64,000 nt of DNA from Camelus dromedarius (lineage: Eukaryota): assembly GCF_036321535.1 (NCBI RefSeq), contig NC_087436.1, forward strand, positions 85,190,001 through 85,254,000, read 5' to 3'. Every line of letters starts with the position of its first letter. Positions within the stretch are counted from its first letter, which is position 1. This document shows positions 51,042-64,000 of this stretch, piece by piece. The notes under the pieces were generated by a model. That model worked only from the letters and a program-made list of their open reading frames with translations, searched no databases and was not told where the DNA came from. Position numbers and translations under genes: made by a program.

Positions 51042-51267
51042 CTGATAAGCATGTCATCAGGCCCAAGGCAAGCATGGCACCGGCCAACACCGTCAACCGG
51101 TTATAGCGCATCGCCATGATGGCTGCTATAAAAAATGTCTTATCGCCCAGTTCAGACACAATGATAACTGATATAGCAGCCACAAATGCATGGATAAATC
51201 CCAAATTCGTTTGGGTAGCTGGATCTTCTTTATTGGTGAGAACTGGAGCAGCTGGTGTAAATCCTTT
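51042..51267 (-). CDS. TMEM165: TMEM165 exon 2 (first UPF0016 motif ELGDKT)
   Basis: ctcccag| ... |gtgagt; 226 nt; KGFTPAAPVLTNKEDPATQTNLGFIHAFVAAISVIIVSELGDKTFFIAAIMAMRYNRLTVLAGAMLALGLMTCLS. Confidence 0.97.
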
Positions 51268-51274
51268 CTGGGAG

Positions 51275-51316
<42 letters not shown>
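51275..51316. repeat. A15 + (AT)14 microsatellite at the TMEM165 intron 1 acceptor
   Basis: Counted directly. Confidence 0.9.
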
Positions 51317-51319
<3 letters not shown>

Positions 51320-51932
51320 CTATTTTTTTAAAAGTCATTATTTTAAATTAATTTATTTTGTATGCGAATTAAGATTGTTTTCCTGCCATCATCATTAGGC
51401 TTATTTATTGTCTAATATCTTTGAAAGCCATTGGTAACGACAGCAACCTCTGATTGATGGCTGCTATGGCAGGGATTCTACAGAGCTAAAATTCTAAGTA
51501 CAATTCTACGGAACTTAAAAAAAAAATAGAGACCACTTATATCCACACATTAATATTACCTTGGTTTCTAAGTATTTGTAGGTTGAGATTTAGTTCTTAA
51601 CTATGTCTCATTCAAGTTTTTATTCATAACTTGGACATAAGACCAAGGCATGCTTATCAAACATCCAAATAGCAGGAAACTGAGAGAAATTTCATTAACA
51701 CTTTAGAGAACAGAGGATCCAGAAAGCTCTCAACAGGCTAGAGCAAGAGTTGGCTCTAGCTAAGATGAGGTCTAATATAGCAGGATATGTGGATGGTCCT
51801 AAAGTCTAAAACTAACCTAGGGTGTAAAATGGCCTAATAAAAAGTACAGGCCAGAGTCTTGGCTGGTGTTAAGGTCATTTTGAGTTGAAAACATGACAAA
51901 GCTCCAAACAGGGAGCAGGCACTTTAAGCCCT

Positions 51933-52004
51933 TCAAAGAGTTAGTGACAAGCCCATCTTCTGTGCTGCTCAAAGAGTTAGTGACAAGCCCATCTTCTGTG
52001 CTGC
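51933..52004. repeat. Perfect 36-bp tandem duplication
   Basis: tcaaagagttagtgacaagcccatcttctgtgctgc x2. Confidence 0.95.
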
Positions 52005-52558
52005 TCAGCTCTTACTCAAAGTTCTGTACTGGTTCTGAGGTACCACCTATCAAGAAGGCACTGCCCTCTGAAGATCATGCCAGATGGAAGAGACTTTACA
52101 ACCAGGATTGGCAGGCTTCTGCTGAGGCTAAGTCCAGCTGAGAATGACTTGTACATTTTTAAGGGGTTGCAAAAAAAGAAAAAGAGAAAGAGGGAGGGAG
52201 GGAAGGGAAGGAAAATTATGCAACAAAAACCTTAAGCAGCCTGCAAATATGTGGCCAAACCTAAAATATTTATTATCTGGCCCATTACAAAAAGAAGCTT
52301 GCCAAACTCATGCTCTAAAACAATCACAGAAGGCACCGGGAAGGACCGGATGCCTCTGTTCCAGTAACTGTGAAAGTCTGTATGAGTCTGTATGGTCCCA
52401 AGAGGGAGACTTAAAAAGCTCTAGATTGTAGCTTAACACAGAGAAAAGATTTCTACCAGATGAATCCTGGAAGCTGAGGTGGACTGCTAGAGAAAGTGGT
52501 AAACTCCCTGGGTAGAGACCCAGAGAAAAGAACCACTACCTACAGGAAATGTGCTCAT

Positions 52559-52780
52559 CAGTGGTCCCAGACCAGGGCGGCTATGTCTCCCAGCAGACTT
52601 CTGGCAATGTCCAGAGACATTCTGGTTGTCACAGCTGAAGGGGAACTAATGGCGTCAAGAAAGTAGTGGCCAGAGATGCTGCTACAGACAGGACATGATT
52701 CATAGAACAATTCCCACACAAGAAAGAATGATCTAATTTGAAATATCAATAGTGCCCAGGGGCAGAGGCGCTGCACTAAA
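52559..52780. mobile_element. MER20-like hAT-Charlie element
   Basis: cagtggt...ggcaatgtccagagacattctggttgtcaca...gtggccagagatgctgcta...aatatcaatagtgcc; MER58-like copies near 52100-52315 and 55270-55455. Confidence 0.7.
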
Positions 52781-55700
52781 GAAATCACTTCTAAAGGTCT
52801 CTTCCAATCCCAACTGCCTATCCTTAATTATTTTTTAAAGCCTATGAATCTCTAGAAACCTAAGAGATAAAAAAGAAAAATCAACAACAAAAAGAACCAA
52901 GACCGAATGTGAGATGACAGGGTATAAACAGAACTTCTTTCTCTTACAAAGGCCCCAGTCAGAAATAAGATTAAAATCCTAAAGTTTTAGTATGTGTGTC
53001 ATTTCTTAACACGTGACATAAACTGGACTCCCAAATTACACAGTGAAGATCAGAAACCTTTAAGCATTACTCAGACGAGACTCCTGTGCTAAAAATTGGG
53101 GAAATTTAGAAATTAACCATTTTAGAAAACATTTGGGGATAGGGCTAAATCAAATGGGCAGCCTTGGAAGCCAGCTCTTGATGAAGCAAGTACCATTTTA
53201 AGGGATTCTAGCTTTCTCATCATTAGCATTTTAATCCCAACTATGCTGGTCTTCCTATAAAAATGAGCTTCCTTCCTCTTCCAATACCCTATGAGCTTTA
53301 AGTATGATTTAAAAAAAAAATAAATTAGCGTTTTAATTCAGTTTTCACCACTACAACATTTTCATCTTGGATATACCTTTTGTATGAAGAAATTTCATTG
53401 CAAAATATTTCGGACCTGAAATCCAAGAAAAATTTTAGGAATAAATATTCACCATTTACGACCAATTAGCTGCAAGCTCAAAAAAATGTTTATTTTAAAA
53501 AACAAACAAAATAGCGATCAAAACCACAAATTCCCGTGGTTTTACAATTCCCAGCCATAAAACCTTGGCCACATTACTTAGCCTCCCTGTTCCTCTGTGA
53601 AATGAGGAGGATAAAATAAAACTTGCCTCTTAGACACAAAGCAAAACAAAAAATATGGATTCTTAAAAACTTTAAAAAAAAATCAACTTATAGCTTTTGT
53701 TACATATTAATCTGCTGTCTATTAATCTCAACAGACAGCATTTTGATTTTGGAGAGCAGTGGTAAAGAGCCACCAGCCACAGTATGGTAAGAACTGAAAA
53801 GTACCAGGGTATTATGAAGACAGATTTTTAAAACCTAAAATATTAATAAATGGGGGCAGAAAATAATCAATTACCATTCAATCATTTGTTGTCAACTGCC
53901 CAAGTGCTTACTAAATGCAAGGACCATCTCCTTTTTCTAATTCACCTTTAGAGTGACAGAGTGGAGCGGTTTAATAGGTGGGCTCTGGAACCAAACTGCC
54001 AGGGTTCATGGCCAAGGCATTACTAGTTCCTGTATGACCTTGGGCCAGTAAGTTTCCCTCTCTGTGCCTCAAGTTTCATCTGAAAGATGAGGGATAGCTA
54101 TACCTTGGGGGCTTGTTCTGAGGATTAAATGAGTAACTACACATAAGCCCTTAGGAACAGCACACCACAACATGACCAGTCTAGTCTTCCAAAAACTAAT
54201 TTCATCACGTTACTTCACTGTGTAAGAAACTGTAATGACCTTCTTATGCCTAGAATATAAAATGCAAATACTGGTTAACTACCACCATCTGCTATCTAAT
54301 AACATACCAATTACCCAAATGCACCTTACACTCCATAACGAAGGATGAGCCAGAGCAGCACTGTCCAACAGAAAACAATGCAAGCCACATAAGGTAATTT
54401 TGAAATTTCTGGTAGCCACATATTAAAAACACGAAAAATTATTTTTAATATTATTTTTTTAACCCAACATATCCAAAATACCACCCTAGGAATATTTTGT
54501 AAGTGACCAATGAGATACTTAACACTCTTTTTTTTCCTACCAAGTCTTCAGACTCCAGTGTAACCCTACTCCCTGCACACACCTCACGCACACCTCAGCG
54601 TGGACTGGCCGCACATGCTCCAGTGCCCGAGAACCGCCACACGGCTCGGGGCTGTGGTCCGGGGCAGGGCAGCCCAAGAGCATGTCAAGCTCTCGGTAAC
54701 CACAAGCCTTCAGTCATGCAGTCGCCTTCACTTCCTACTTTCTTTTCAGTATCCTATTCATCCAGATTCCTGAAGATTCAACTTACGTAGAACCTCTTGG
54801 GCAAGGCCTCTCCCAACAGCTCCAGCCCCTTAATGAGCCCACTCCCCTCAAACTGAACGCAGACTGTGGCAGGTACCTGGCAGGCACATGACTGAAATAA
54901 AACCTGAGACAGGAACACTCAGGGAGTTAACTGTACTAGAAACACGTACAAATGTAATGTTAACATTTGCAACAATAAAAAGAGACAAAGTGACTGAGTG
55001 TCCATCAACAGGGAACTGGTTACATAAATGGCAGCTCCATATATTAGAATATCATGGGGCTAAAATTAAGACTGTTTTATATATACTAATAAGAAAAAAA
55101 ACACTAAGATTTTTTAAGTTAAAAAAAGTATGTCTTATGTATACAGTCATGGTAGGTGTGTGGAGGAGTGGAGATTTGGGTAAGCATATAAAGTCCATAC
55201 GCAGTTGTTAATGTACTGGAAACCTCAGGAAACAGTGTCTGTTTCCAGGGAAGGAGCCAAGATGACTACAACAGGGGTCAGCAAACTTTTAAGAAAAAGG
55301 GCCATAAAGTCTCTTTGTTCATTACCCAACTCTGATGCTACAGCCTGAGAGCAGCCATAGGTAATACTTAAATGAACAGGCATGGCTCTGTTACAACAAA
55401 ACGCTGTTTACAAAAACAGGCAGTCAGTGGTAAACTATCATTTGCTGACCGCTGAGCTAGAATACAAGCACTTTTCATTCTGCACTCTTCTTCACCTTTT
55501 GGATTTTTTTTACCAGGCACATGATTAGATACCTATTATGCCCCACTTCAAAAAGTTCTTAACCCAATCTCTTACTCTAGATACAGAGGACCAGTTGCTT
55601 ATAGGTTGTAACTGACTTCAGGCAGGTCCAACCAGAAGGGAAGTGCTCTGAAGGTACTGATTCACTACCCAGCAATATGGAGGAGTTAAGCCCTGTGGGG

Positions 55701-58545
55701 CAACGTTTCACCCATCTTTCACAGTGGGGCAGTCAGTTCTGAGGTTCATTTCAGAAGGCTCTTCGAAAGACTCAGCAGGATTTGTCCTCATCACTCATGG
55801 AGTGGCTAACTTGAAAATGCACTGGGTACATGCACTTACCCTCTTCCCTGGATTGACAATTTGAAAGAAAACAGGCATATTCTAAGATCAGGGAGTAAAT
55901 CATCAGAATAGTTGGGGTGAGCTAAAGAAAGATAAATTGGGCCCAGACTGAAAATCCAGTATGTTTACGAACTAGCTTAGGGGTAAGCAAGAAGCCCTTT
56001 AAAGTTTTTGAGTAGAAGACACAGACATGATTAAGGAGGCACTATGACTAATAGATCAGGACGGAAAGTAGAGAACACCAGCCACCAGACTGATGAATTA
56101 GGAGGTCTGCCACACAAGACCAATGTTGAGGATAAAATAAAGGAAAACATTCTGCACACAATGGAAAAGAAAAATTAACAGAACTTTTCAAAGGGGAAGA
56201 ATCAAAGATGATATTCATATTCCAAGGCATATAAAGAGTAATAAAAATAGTGTGGCTTTAGACACATTCAATTTGAGGATAAAAAGCATTTCATATAAAG
56301 GTTTCCAAGAGGACATCAGAAATGAGACACCTGAGGTTAGGCCAGCACAGCCTCAGATATGTATTTGGTTACTGGTAGCCTGACTTTATCAGCTGGAGCT
56401 CTGCAAGATTAGTTTTCCAAGGGAAAAGGCAGAGATTACATTGAAAAACATGAAATTCAGAGAATGTCTATATTTAGGGAAGGGGTTGGGTGGGGAAAAG
56501 GAGAAAATAAAATTGTCTTAGATATTTAGAGAGCCAGGCAGGAGAACATCACAGATGGTCAAGTTAGGGGCAATCACCATTTCACTGAGCTACTAACTAA
56601 ATGCCAGGTTATTTCCATATACATTGCTTTATTTGATACTCAAAAACCTTAAGAACTGTTATCCCAACTGCACACAAGAGGAGACTCTGAGGACCAATAG
56701 GGTTAAACAGTTTCCTCAAGTTCATACAAAACGAGATGGTGTAGGACTCTTAAAAAGTGGAGAGTTAACAGTGTCAAACGAGAACTGGAAAAGACCCCTG
56801 GATTTAGCCATTAGGTAGGTTACAGGTATCCTTCAAAAATGACCTTTCAATAAAGACAGGGGCTCATGCCAGATAACATAAGACTAAAGCAAAGTGAAAA
56901 AGCAGCTAATTCCCTAGTTAGAAATGTGGTTTATAAAACTGAAAAATAGAATGCAGTCAAGTAGAGTTAAGTCAATGGCCTTTTCCCCCTCCAAATTGGA
57001 GAAACCTGTGGGCACAGGCACCAAAGGAGAGAATAAAGATACTGAGGAAGGAAAGTACTGGAGGTCACAGGAGAACAGGCACATGGACACAGAGAGGGAT
57101 GGAAACGATGACAGTTTTGTTCGATACATGAAGGCAGAAAGTACTGGCAGAGAAGCAAATACTTAGATTAGTACAGGAGGGTCAGACGCAGTGACTGTAA
57201 TTCCAGTTTTGGCATTCCACTGTTCAATTACACAGTGTTACAGAAAGTGAGGAAATACAGTGTTTTCCTTAGTACGAAGGCCACTCTTTCAGCACTTTAT
57301 TTTGGGTCTGAAACCCAAAGTATTTACATCTTGAGAGTAGGGTCAACAACTTATAATTAAAAAAAAAAAACCTTCCTGAATAAAACTCTTCTTTAAAGTT
57401 AAAATTAGCTCCAAATTGAAAAATGTTGAAAAAACTCCCTCATTTAGAGAGTAGCCCTTTATTCTTCCATGATCTTCAGGAGAAGAAAGAAAATGACAAT
57501 TAACAATGAAAAAAATCATTCCTATTCTAGTTGTAGAGTTTAAACGAACACATATGCGACTGTATTGAAATTGACACACATACCTGCATCGGAATTTCCA
57601 TCTACACATAAAGAAATCAGAGAAGATGAAGATGCGTTCTTTGAAACAAAATCTACAGCCTGCTACCAAAAAAAAAAAAAAAAAGACTAAAGTCCCTGCA
57701 AAAAAAAAGCGAAGTCCCTCAACAAAAGTTACGATACAAGAGGTGAGATTATTTGAAGATAAAGGAGTCACAGGAAAACGCTTAGAATTGGCTTAGAACT
57801 GTCTCCTTGCCATTATTTTACTGTGTGAAGTCAGAAAAACCTTTCTCAGAAGTTGGAAAAATGTGCCCAAGAATACATGTGTAACTTAAACAATGACACC
57901 ATGGATAAACTTGGTTTTAAGAGACTGCATTAAAATAAAAAACTAAAATTGTCTTTCATTATAAATTTTCACTCATATCTTTTATTTGTGGATGGTTTAG
58001 TTTGTTGCTTTTAAAATAATATTTTATTTTTATGAATGTTATTTGTTAATTTATATTCGAATATATTTAACACATTTTTATTTTAATGAATGTTTAACAG
58101 CTTTGTTTCTGAGAATGTTACTGTTTTGTAATGTATTCATACATTTTGACATGTGAAATGTATTGTGTATTTAGTTTCACTGATTTTTATTTGTAATGAA
58201 TCGCTTTGCTGGTAGAACACCAACAAATAAGTGCAGTAACATCATGATCATTTCATTCTGACACAGCAACCCTGAGTAAGACGAATCTTCACACCTGACG
58301 GCCTCAGTCTCAGCCATAAAGAGCCTTGAATTAGGAGTTTGGATTGGATGGAGCAGGATTGCAACTTAATAAAAATGGAAAAATGTTTAAAATATTGTGT
58401 GGAAAGCTTCCGTGTTAAAAGATAATACATGAAAGAAATGCCAAGAAACAGTAAAGGAGAAATACAGTAAGGAGAATCGGTACTGGGTCAGGTGGTAGGC
58501 TGCTGTAGCTTTATCAACAGTGTTAATGCAACTGCGGTCCTTTGG

Positions 58546-58647
58546 CCTTCCAGAACACGCGGCAAATTATAAATTACTTTTATTAAATCCATCTGACCTC
58601 CCAGAATATGCAGCAAATTATAAATTACCTTTATTAAATCCATCTGA
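58546..58647. repeat. 51-bp tandem duplication
   Basis: cc(t/c)ccagaa...gcaaattataaattac(t/c)tttattaaatccatctga x2. Confidence 0.92.
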
Positions 58648-60911
58648 CCTCCCCCAACTAAAGGGACTGAATGCTTCTTGTATTACATACTCTGCCCAGG
58701 GAAGGAAGAAAAAAACTGAGTACGTCACTAGAAGCATAAACTGCATAAATGAAAGGGTCCCAGTGATCCACAGTGCTTTTTTCATGGTTTTAATTTTAAC
58801 TATAACTTCAGAGTAAACTTCCCAAACTTTTTTTTTATCTGATTATAGAGGAAAAAAAAAAATCAATGTAGAAAGCCTTATTAGAAGTTCAGTAATCTTG
58901 CCTCAACGCACCCTATAAGATGCAGCTACATTTTTATAATACATCTTACATTTAAATGCCTACCAGTAACAGAGAGATTTTCCCCTCTCCATTTTCAGAA
59001 GTCCACACTCAGTGGCATGAAAGGGTAAGGTTAAATATCCTACCCCTTTAAAAGATCTGCTGCCTGTAGTTGCAAAGCTAAAGAGTTAAAGAGTTGAAAC
59101 TTTCAGATATTCAGCTATGCTGAACTCTTGCTTATGTGAATGACTATTAAATTAGGAACTATTAAATTAGGAACTCTGACCACATCTTAACTTTCACTAA
59201 GTGGACAAAAAAAGCAAATGATATTTATATTACAGTTTAGAAAATGTAAAAAAAAAAATCTCTTCCAATATACTGCAGTACAGTAGGCAAAGGGGAAAAA
59301 AACCCCACTTGATCCATAACAAAAGTTATGTGAAATACCAAGACAATAAAGACAAAAATCGTATTACACTGTGCCTGCCCTTTCCCTTCACATCCCCAAT
59401 TTTAAAAACAAGGATCCTTAAGACACTTACATATGGTCCCTGGACACTGCTGCCTTTATTTTACATGGCTGTATTTTTTATAGCAGTGTAAAAGGGTATT
59501 AATAGCCATACCTACCACTATTTTTATCTCAAAAATCACTATCTAAAACTTTAATGCAAAGCCTGGAAAGTTACATAACCCCAAATAGTTATAGCTTTAA
59601 ATAAATTTCTGATAATGAGTTAAATGACAGCAGGCTAAACGACGAACACTAACAATGAGTTTCATGAATCAGCATGTCAGTTCAATTTCAGAAGTGGAAA
59701 TGGCGAGCCAGGTCCGTGGAGCCCAGGAGTGACAGGCAGGAGAGAGAAATCACTTCCAGCCAGGAAATTTTAGGAAGCCTTCACAAAGAGGCGATATCGC
59801 ATGGTTCTTGAAAGGTGGGAAAAGTTCTGACCAGTAGGCTTCAAGCTCACTAAAGCTCTTTTATTTAAAAAGGGTTTTTGTTGGAGAGAGAGAGCACATG
59901 GCAAGTCTGAGTACAGCATATGAGTGAGCAAGGGAGTGGTGGCTAACAGCCTGGAGGTGTTGACTGGAGCCAGACACCAACAAACGTGCACATCCTGCTG
60001 AAGAGGCTGGGCTGAAATCAGCGTGCGGGGCAACTCGCTGGAGGTTTCTGAGAGGTAAAACGGAATTCAGTGTTCAGGAAGATTCGTTAGATGGGGACAG
60101 GCTGAATGTAGCCTGGGGTGGAAATGGGAGGTTTGAGCTCCTATTAGAAGAGACTACAGAAGGCCTGAATTCAGGAGTCCAAATTGGAAATGAGGAGAAA
60201 GCCCAGGGCGCACAGAGCATTTAAAAAACGCTGCCGAGATCTTGAACATAAGTGACTAAGGGATTCTACTAACATAAATTTAGATGCTAATTAATATCTT
60301 TTAGTGGAGACCAAAATGTAGGATTCTGGTATACTTATAAATTTAGTTTTGGCGTCCCACACCGCTGCAGCACTCTGTACTGTCAAAGACGGATGATTCC
60401 TGTGCTTTCCTAAAGGCTACTTCCTGCAAACGAGAACTTGTTAAAAAAAATAAAGTGAGAGTTGTGCAAAGCTGAATGTGCTAAACAGTATGGGATAAAC
60501 TGCTTCAACAATGAAATGGCCGATGTTGTTATTCTCAGAGAATACCAAAAGCCTCCCAGCTGCCCTCTGTTAAAAACTTTCCACTTGGGATGATGAGCAT
60601 TCCCAGCTCTCTAGGATACATCTGATCAACAAGAAGCCCATTCCTTGGCAGCATCTTTATCCTCCGGAACTAAAGGTTTACAGCGGACTCCTAGTTCGGC
60701 TCCCCTCCTCCCCTCCCCCATAAGGAGACAGGCAAGGCCAGGCCTGACACAGGGAAAGCGCACTCAGACGTCTTCCAGCCCAGAGAGCCGCAACCGGGCT
60801 TCCCTCCCCCCGCCGGCTGCCTGGGCCGAGGGCGGCGCTCTGGCTACGACGAGCCTGGTACCCGGCGCAGCCGGCTCCGCAGCCTCGCCTGCCCGGGCCC
60901 GTCCCGCTCAC

Positions 60912-61112
60912 CTCGGCCCGGGCCGGCTCGGGGCCCTGCACGCCCGCGGGCTGCGGCTGCAGCTGCTGGGCAGGGGCCGGCGGTTCCTTGTTCCGGTGGC
61001 TGTCTTCGTCGGGAACGGCCCGGACCCCGGCCGGGGCCCACAGCAGCGGAACCAGCAGGAGCAGAAGCAACCGGGGTTTAGATGCACGGCCGCTCCCCCT
61101 GGCCGCCGCCAT
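60912..61112 (-). CDS. TMEM165: TMEM165 exon 1 coding part (signal-peptide-like N-terminus)
   Basis: Strong Kozak gggATGg at 61112; MAAARGSGRASKPRLLLLLLVPLLWAPAGVRAVPDEDSHRNKEPPAPAQQLQPQPAGVQGPEPARAE, then |gtgagc; the six exons sum to 969 nt in frame. Confidence 0.96.
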
Positions 61113-61211
61113 CCCGCCGGCCGAGACGGCCGTGCACCGGCGCCGCAAGAGGAAGTGCGGGCGACAGGAAGCCTCGACCCCGAGCCGCCCCCAGGAGCGT
61201 CCCTGACGCCT

Positions 61212-61232
61212 CGCCGCCGCCGCCGCCGCCGC
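61212..61232 (-). repeat. (GCG)7 repeat in TMEM165 5' leader
   Basis: (CGC)7 on +, counted directly. Confidence 0.85.
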
Positions 61233-64000
61233 TCAGGGAGGAGCCGGCAGCATGCGGGAAGTGGCCGGGGCCGGCAGAGGCTCAGGGCAGGCCGGCGTCC
61301 GCAGCCGGCGGCTCTTTCTCCCCCCGCCCGCGGTGGCCACACGATTCCTCCAACTGTCTCAGTGCGGCCCAGCCCAATTCCTCCGGGCCCCGCCCCTGCC
61401 CGCGACGGCCTCCCATTGGCCCGGCGTCCGCCTCGGCGTCGTGACGTCATCCGGCAGGTTGAGGTGCGGCTCGCGCCCTCCTCCCATTGGGCCCGGCGCT
61501 CCCGGGTACCGGGCGCCGCGTGACCTTCCTTGTCTCGCATCCTTCTCGCACCCGACATGGGACCCTCTTCCTCTCCCTCTGCCCACCGTCCCAGAATTGC
61601 ACGGCTCTTTACTCCTTGTTTCCTCCTGAGTCTTCTGCCCTAATATCCAGGCCAGCCTGTCGCTTCTCGTAGCCTTTCCTAGATGTCAAATTAGTTCGAG
61701 TGCCCTGGTTACGTGGCACTTGCTGCGGGAACGGCCACACCTTAGCCGGTTCTTGAGTGCTTCACCGATTCTCCGTGCCGCCGCCGGCGCGGCCATCTAC
61801 CGAGTGCAACGTTCTTAGAGGCTCCAGATGCGATTATTTGAAACAAACCTCTGAAACAGGACTTAGAAAATAACAGACGAAAATTTTAAAGACTTGTTTT
61901 AGACAGTTTGCCTATAATCACCCCAGACCGAAAACAACTAACATTACCCTTTTCCTGCAGCGCCTTTCCGTTTTAGGCGTCTGTGCCGCACCTATCTTAA
62001 ACTGACCTCTTAAAATATTTGGCTTTTGAAATTGAATCTAGGATTTTTGAAGTATGGGGATTGGAGGAGCAGGAATAGAAAACAGGATAGTTGGTTGAGA
62101 AAATTTTTACATCTTATTAAAAAAAACTGAGCTATTTAGTTATCAGAAGTTTGACTAAGATTGTGCTAACCATGTGGCAGGCACTATTATAAATATTGTA
62201 TATGCATTTACATATAATAAACCTTTACTTTGTTAAGAACTAAGGGAGGTTATCAGTAAACACTGGAACAAGAAATGAATCCACCAAAACACTGTCGCAG
62301 AGTGGATAAATCTACTTTGAATTCACTGAAAATACCATGCTGTCATGGGTTAGTAAAGCTTTTGTCCATGCTGTTCTTCCTGTCTGTAATTAACTTCCTC
62401 TATTCTGTCATTGTAAACGCCTACTCATTCTTCCAAATCCTGTTCAGGCCTGACCTCTCAGAAGTCTTCCCCCAACACCTCCTCTTACAGAACTTACCAC
62501 TTCTTGCTTCATGCTGCTGTAGCATATTCATGCTTCTATTACTATGTCAGTGACCAGGATGCCCTACACAGTTGGTGTACAACTATTATGCCTCCCATTT
62601 CATCCCTAGGGTGCAAATGTTTGAGCTCTCACAAACCAGTGATAGAGAACTGTCCTCCCTCCAACTCCCTCTCTTTTATGCCTACAGAATTTGCCATACT
62701 TTAGAGGTACCTGAACGTGAATCTAGTGGCTTGATCTAATGGCTGAAGCAGAGGGTGAATGCGGCAAAACTGACCACGTATCCGTGATCCTGGAAGGTGC
62801 TTGGCTTATTTTCTGGGGCCTGCCTCCACACTCCAGAGCTCTCTAACAGGAAGTACTCCTGGCTGAATTCCCAGTCACCTCGGCAGATAAGGCAATGAGG
62901 ACTTACGGCTTACAGCTGCAGGATGCCTATGCGCCAGCCACTGAAGGGGTGACTCAGGGGCAAGGCAGCAAAGCTTTTTAGCAGATGTAAAGTACATAGA
63001 GATAAAGCCTTGCCCTCATGGGGGTCCTGCACAGTGGGGTCAGTGCCGCGTCAGAATCTCAGCCAGAGTGGGGCCCTTCTGGCCTATTCCAGTGTCACCG
63101 TGATCCAAGTGCCCTCAAGCTCTGCCAGTTTAGGCTCCAGGTGTCAGATTCCAAAGGATCAGCTCTTTCCATGCCCAGGAGTGCTAAATCAGGGCTGGTT
63201 CTGGCTTTCACCACCTTGAGGATTTAGAGCCATCATTGTTCTAGTCCTCACTGGTGACTAACTCCTTTGGGGATAAAAAACCTACCCTAAAAACACAGGC
63301 AGTTTCCTGATACCTTTCTTGCAAACAGAGCCACTTACTTGACTCCTACCCAATAAGAATGTGGGAAGCTCAACAATTCCAAGTCGGCTTTTTTTTTTGT
63401 CCTGGCCTGCATAGGTATAATCTCACTAAAATGTAATCGTTGGTAGGCACCCTTCTGGTAAAAAAAACTTTACTAATGTGCATTACACTGTATTATATTT
63501 TTATTCCTACCTCCTTACTGAGCTTTAGATGGTAAGATTATGTCTTTTATCTTTTATATCTTTGGCACCTAACAGATCTCCTAACATGGTAACAGTGATA
63601 GCCACCACTACAGTAGTAATAGTAGCAGCAAATCTTTACTGAGTGTTTATTCTGACCCAGGCAGTGCACTGAATGTGTTACATGAATGATTTCACAAGGC
63701 AGGTACTCTCATCCTCATTTTTACAAATGAGAAATTTGAGACAGCTCAAGTAACCTTCCCAAAACTATACTTAGTAAGTCGCAGAATTGTGCTTGATATC
63801 TGCCTGTTGAACTTAACAGTGTCCTACTTACTGAAAAGCCAAACATATAAAACCAGCCAATTAATGGTGAACGTTTCCATTATCATTAGAGGAGAAAGTC
63901 CTCTCTCCACCCCAAGTTTCCATGAGGACTGTTTCCTCGCTTCTCTCAGAGCCTTAACTGTTTCACCTCTGATGATGTAAAATAAATCTGGGCAGAGTAA

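Larger units (their letters stand above)
60700..61850. promoter_or_regulatory. CpG island / TMEM165 promoter
   Basis: Very GC- and CpG-dense; palindromic CRE TGACGTCA at 61442-61449, two CCAAT boxes on - (attgg ~61416, ~61486), GC box ccccgccc ~61388, ETS-like GGAAGT motifs, no TATA. Confidence 0.9.

Noticed and set aside
57340..58240. Possible hAT transposon relic / 142-aa ORF on -
   Set aside because: The ORF is low-complexity with no recognisable domain; the repeat family cannot be assigned without a Dfam search
58520..58816. ORFs with repeated peptides (also 51893-52141)
   Set aside because: Explained by intronic tandem duplications whose lengths are multiples of 3
60645..61629. Long ORFs (292 aa +, 216 aa -, 125 aa +, 120 aa +) over the TMEM165 first exon
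   Set aside because: Stop-poor CpG-island sequence; non-ATG or weak starts; Pro/Arg/Gly/Ala low-complexity products; overlap the real exon 1

Overview
Mammalian genomic DNA with two convergent genes. The 3' half of the circadian transcription factor gene CLOCK lies on + (10 coding exons, 1137-21966, from the end of PAS-B/PAC to the stop), followed by a ~7.4 kb 3'UTR. The complete TMEM165 gene (Golgi UPF0016/GDT1-family Mn2+/Ca2+ transporter) lies on - (6 exons, 61112->31484, 969 nt = 322 aa + stop) with a CpG-island promoter near 61 kb. Introns carry L1, L2, MIR, MaLR/ERVL LTR and hAT-Charlie relics. I saw no Alu, B1, Bov-tA, PRE-1 or Can-SINE; the youngest L1 3' ends resemble those I associate with camelids (species is inference only). 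I found no new biological system. The most unusual signals are: a pure (CAG)21 tract in CLOCK amid apparently AT->GC-biased substitutions; a pyrimidine at +3 of the CLOCK exon 19 donor; a 39-bp hairpin-bearing element present in both TMEM165 intron 4 and its 3'UTR; and two neighbouring rearranged L1s with a 240-bp-arm palindrome, a shared inversion junction and a short 3' transduction. Comparisons with human and mouse are from memory and need alignment. Repeat boundaries are approximate.
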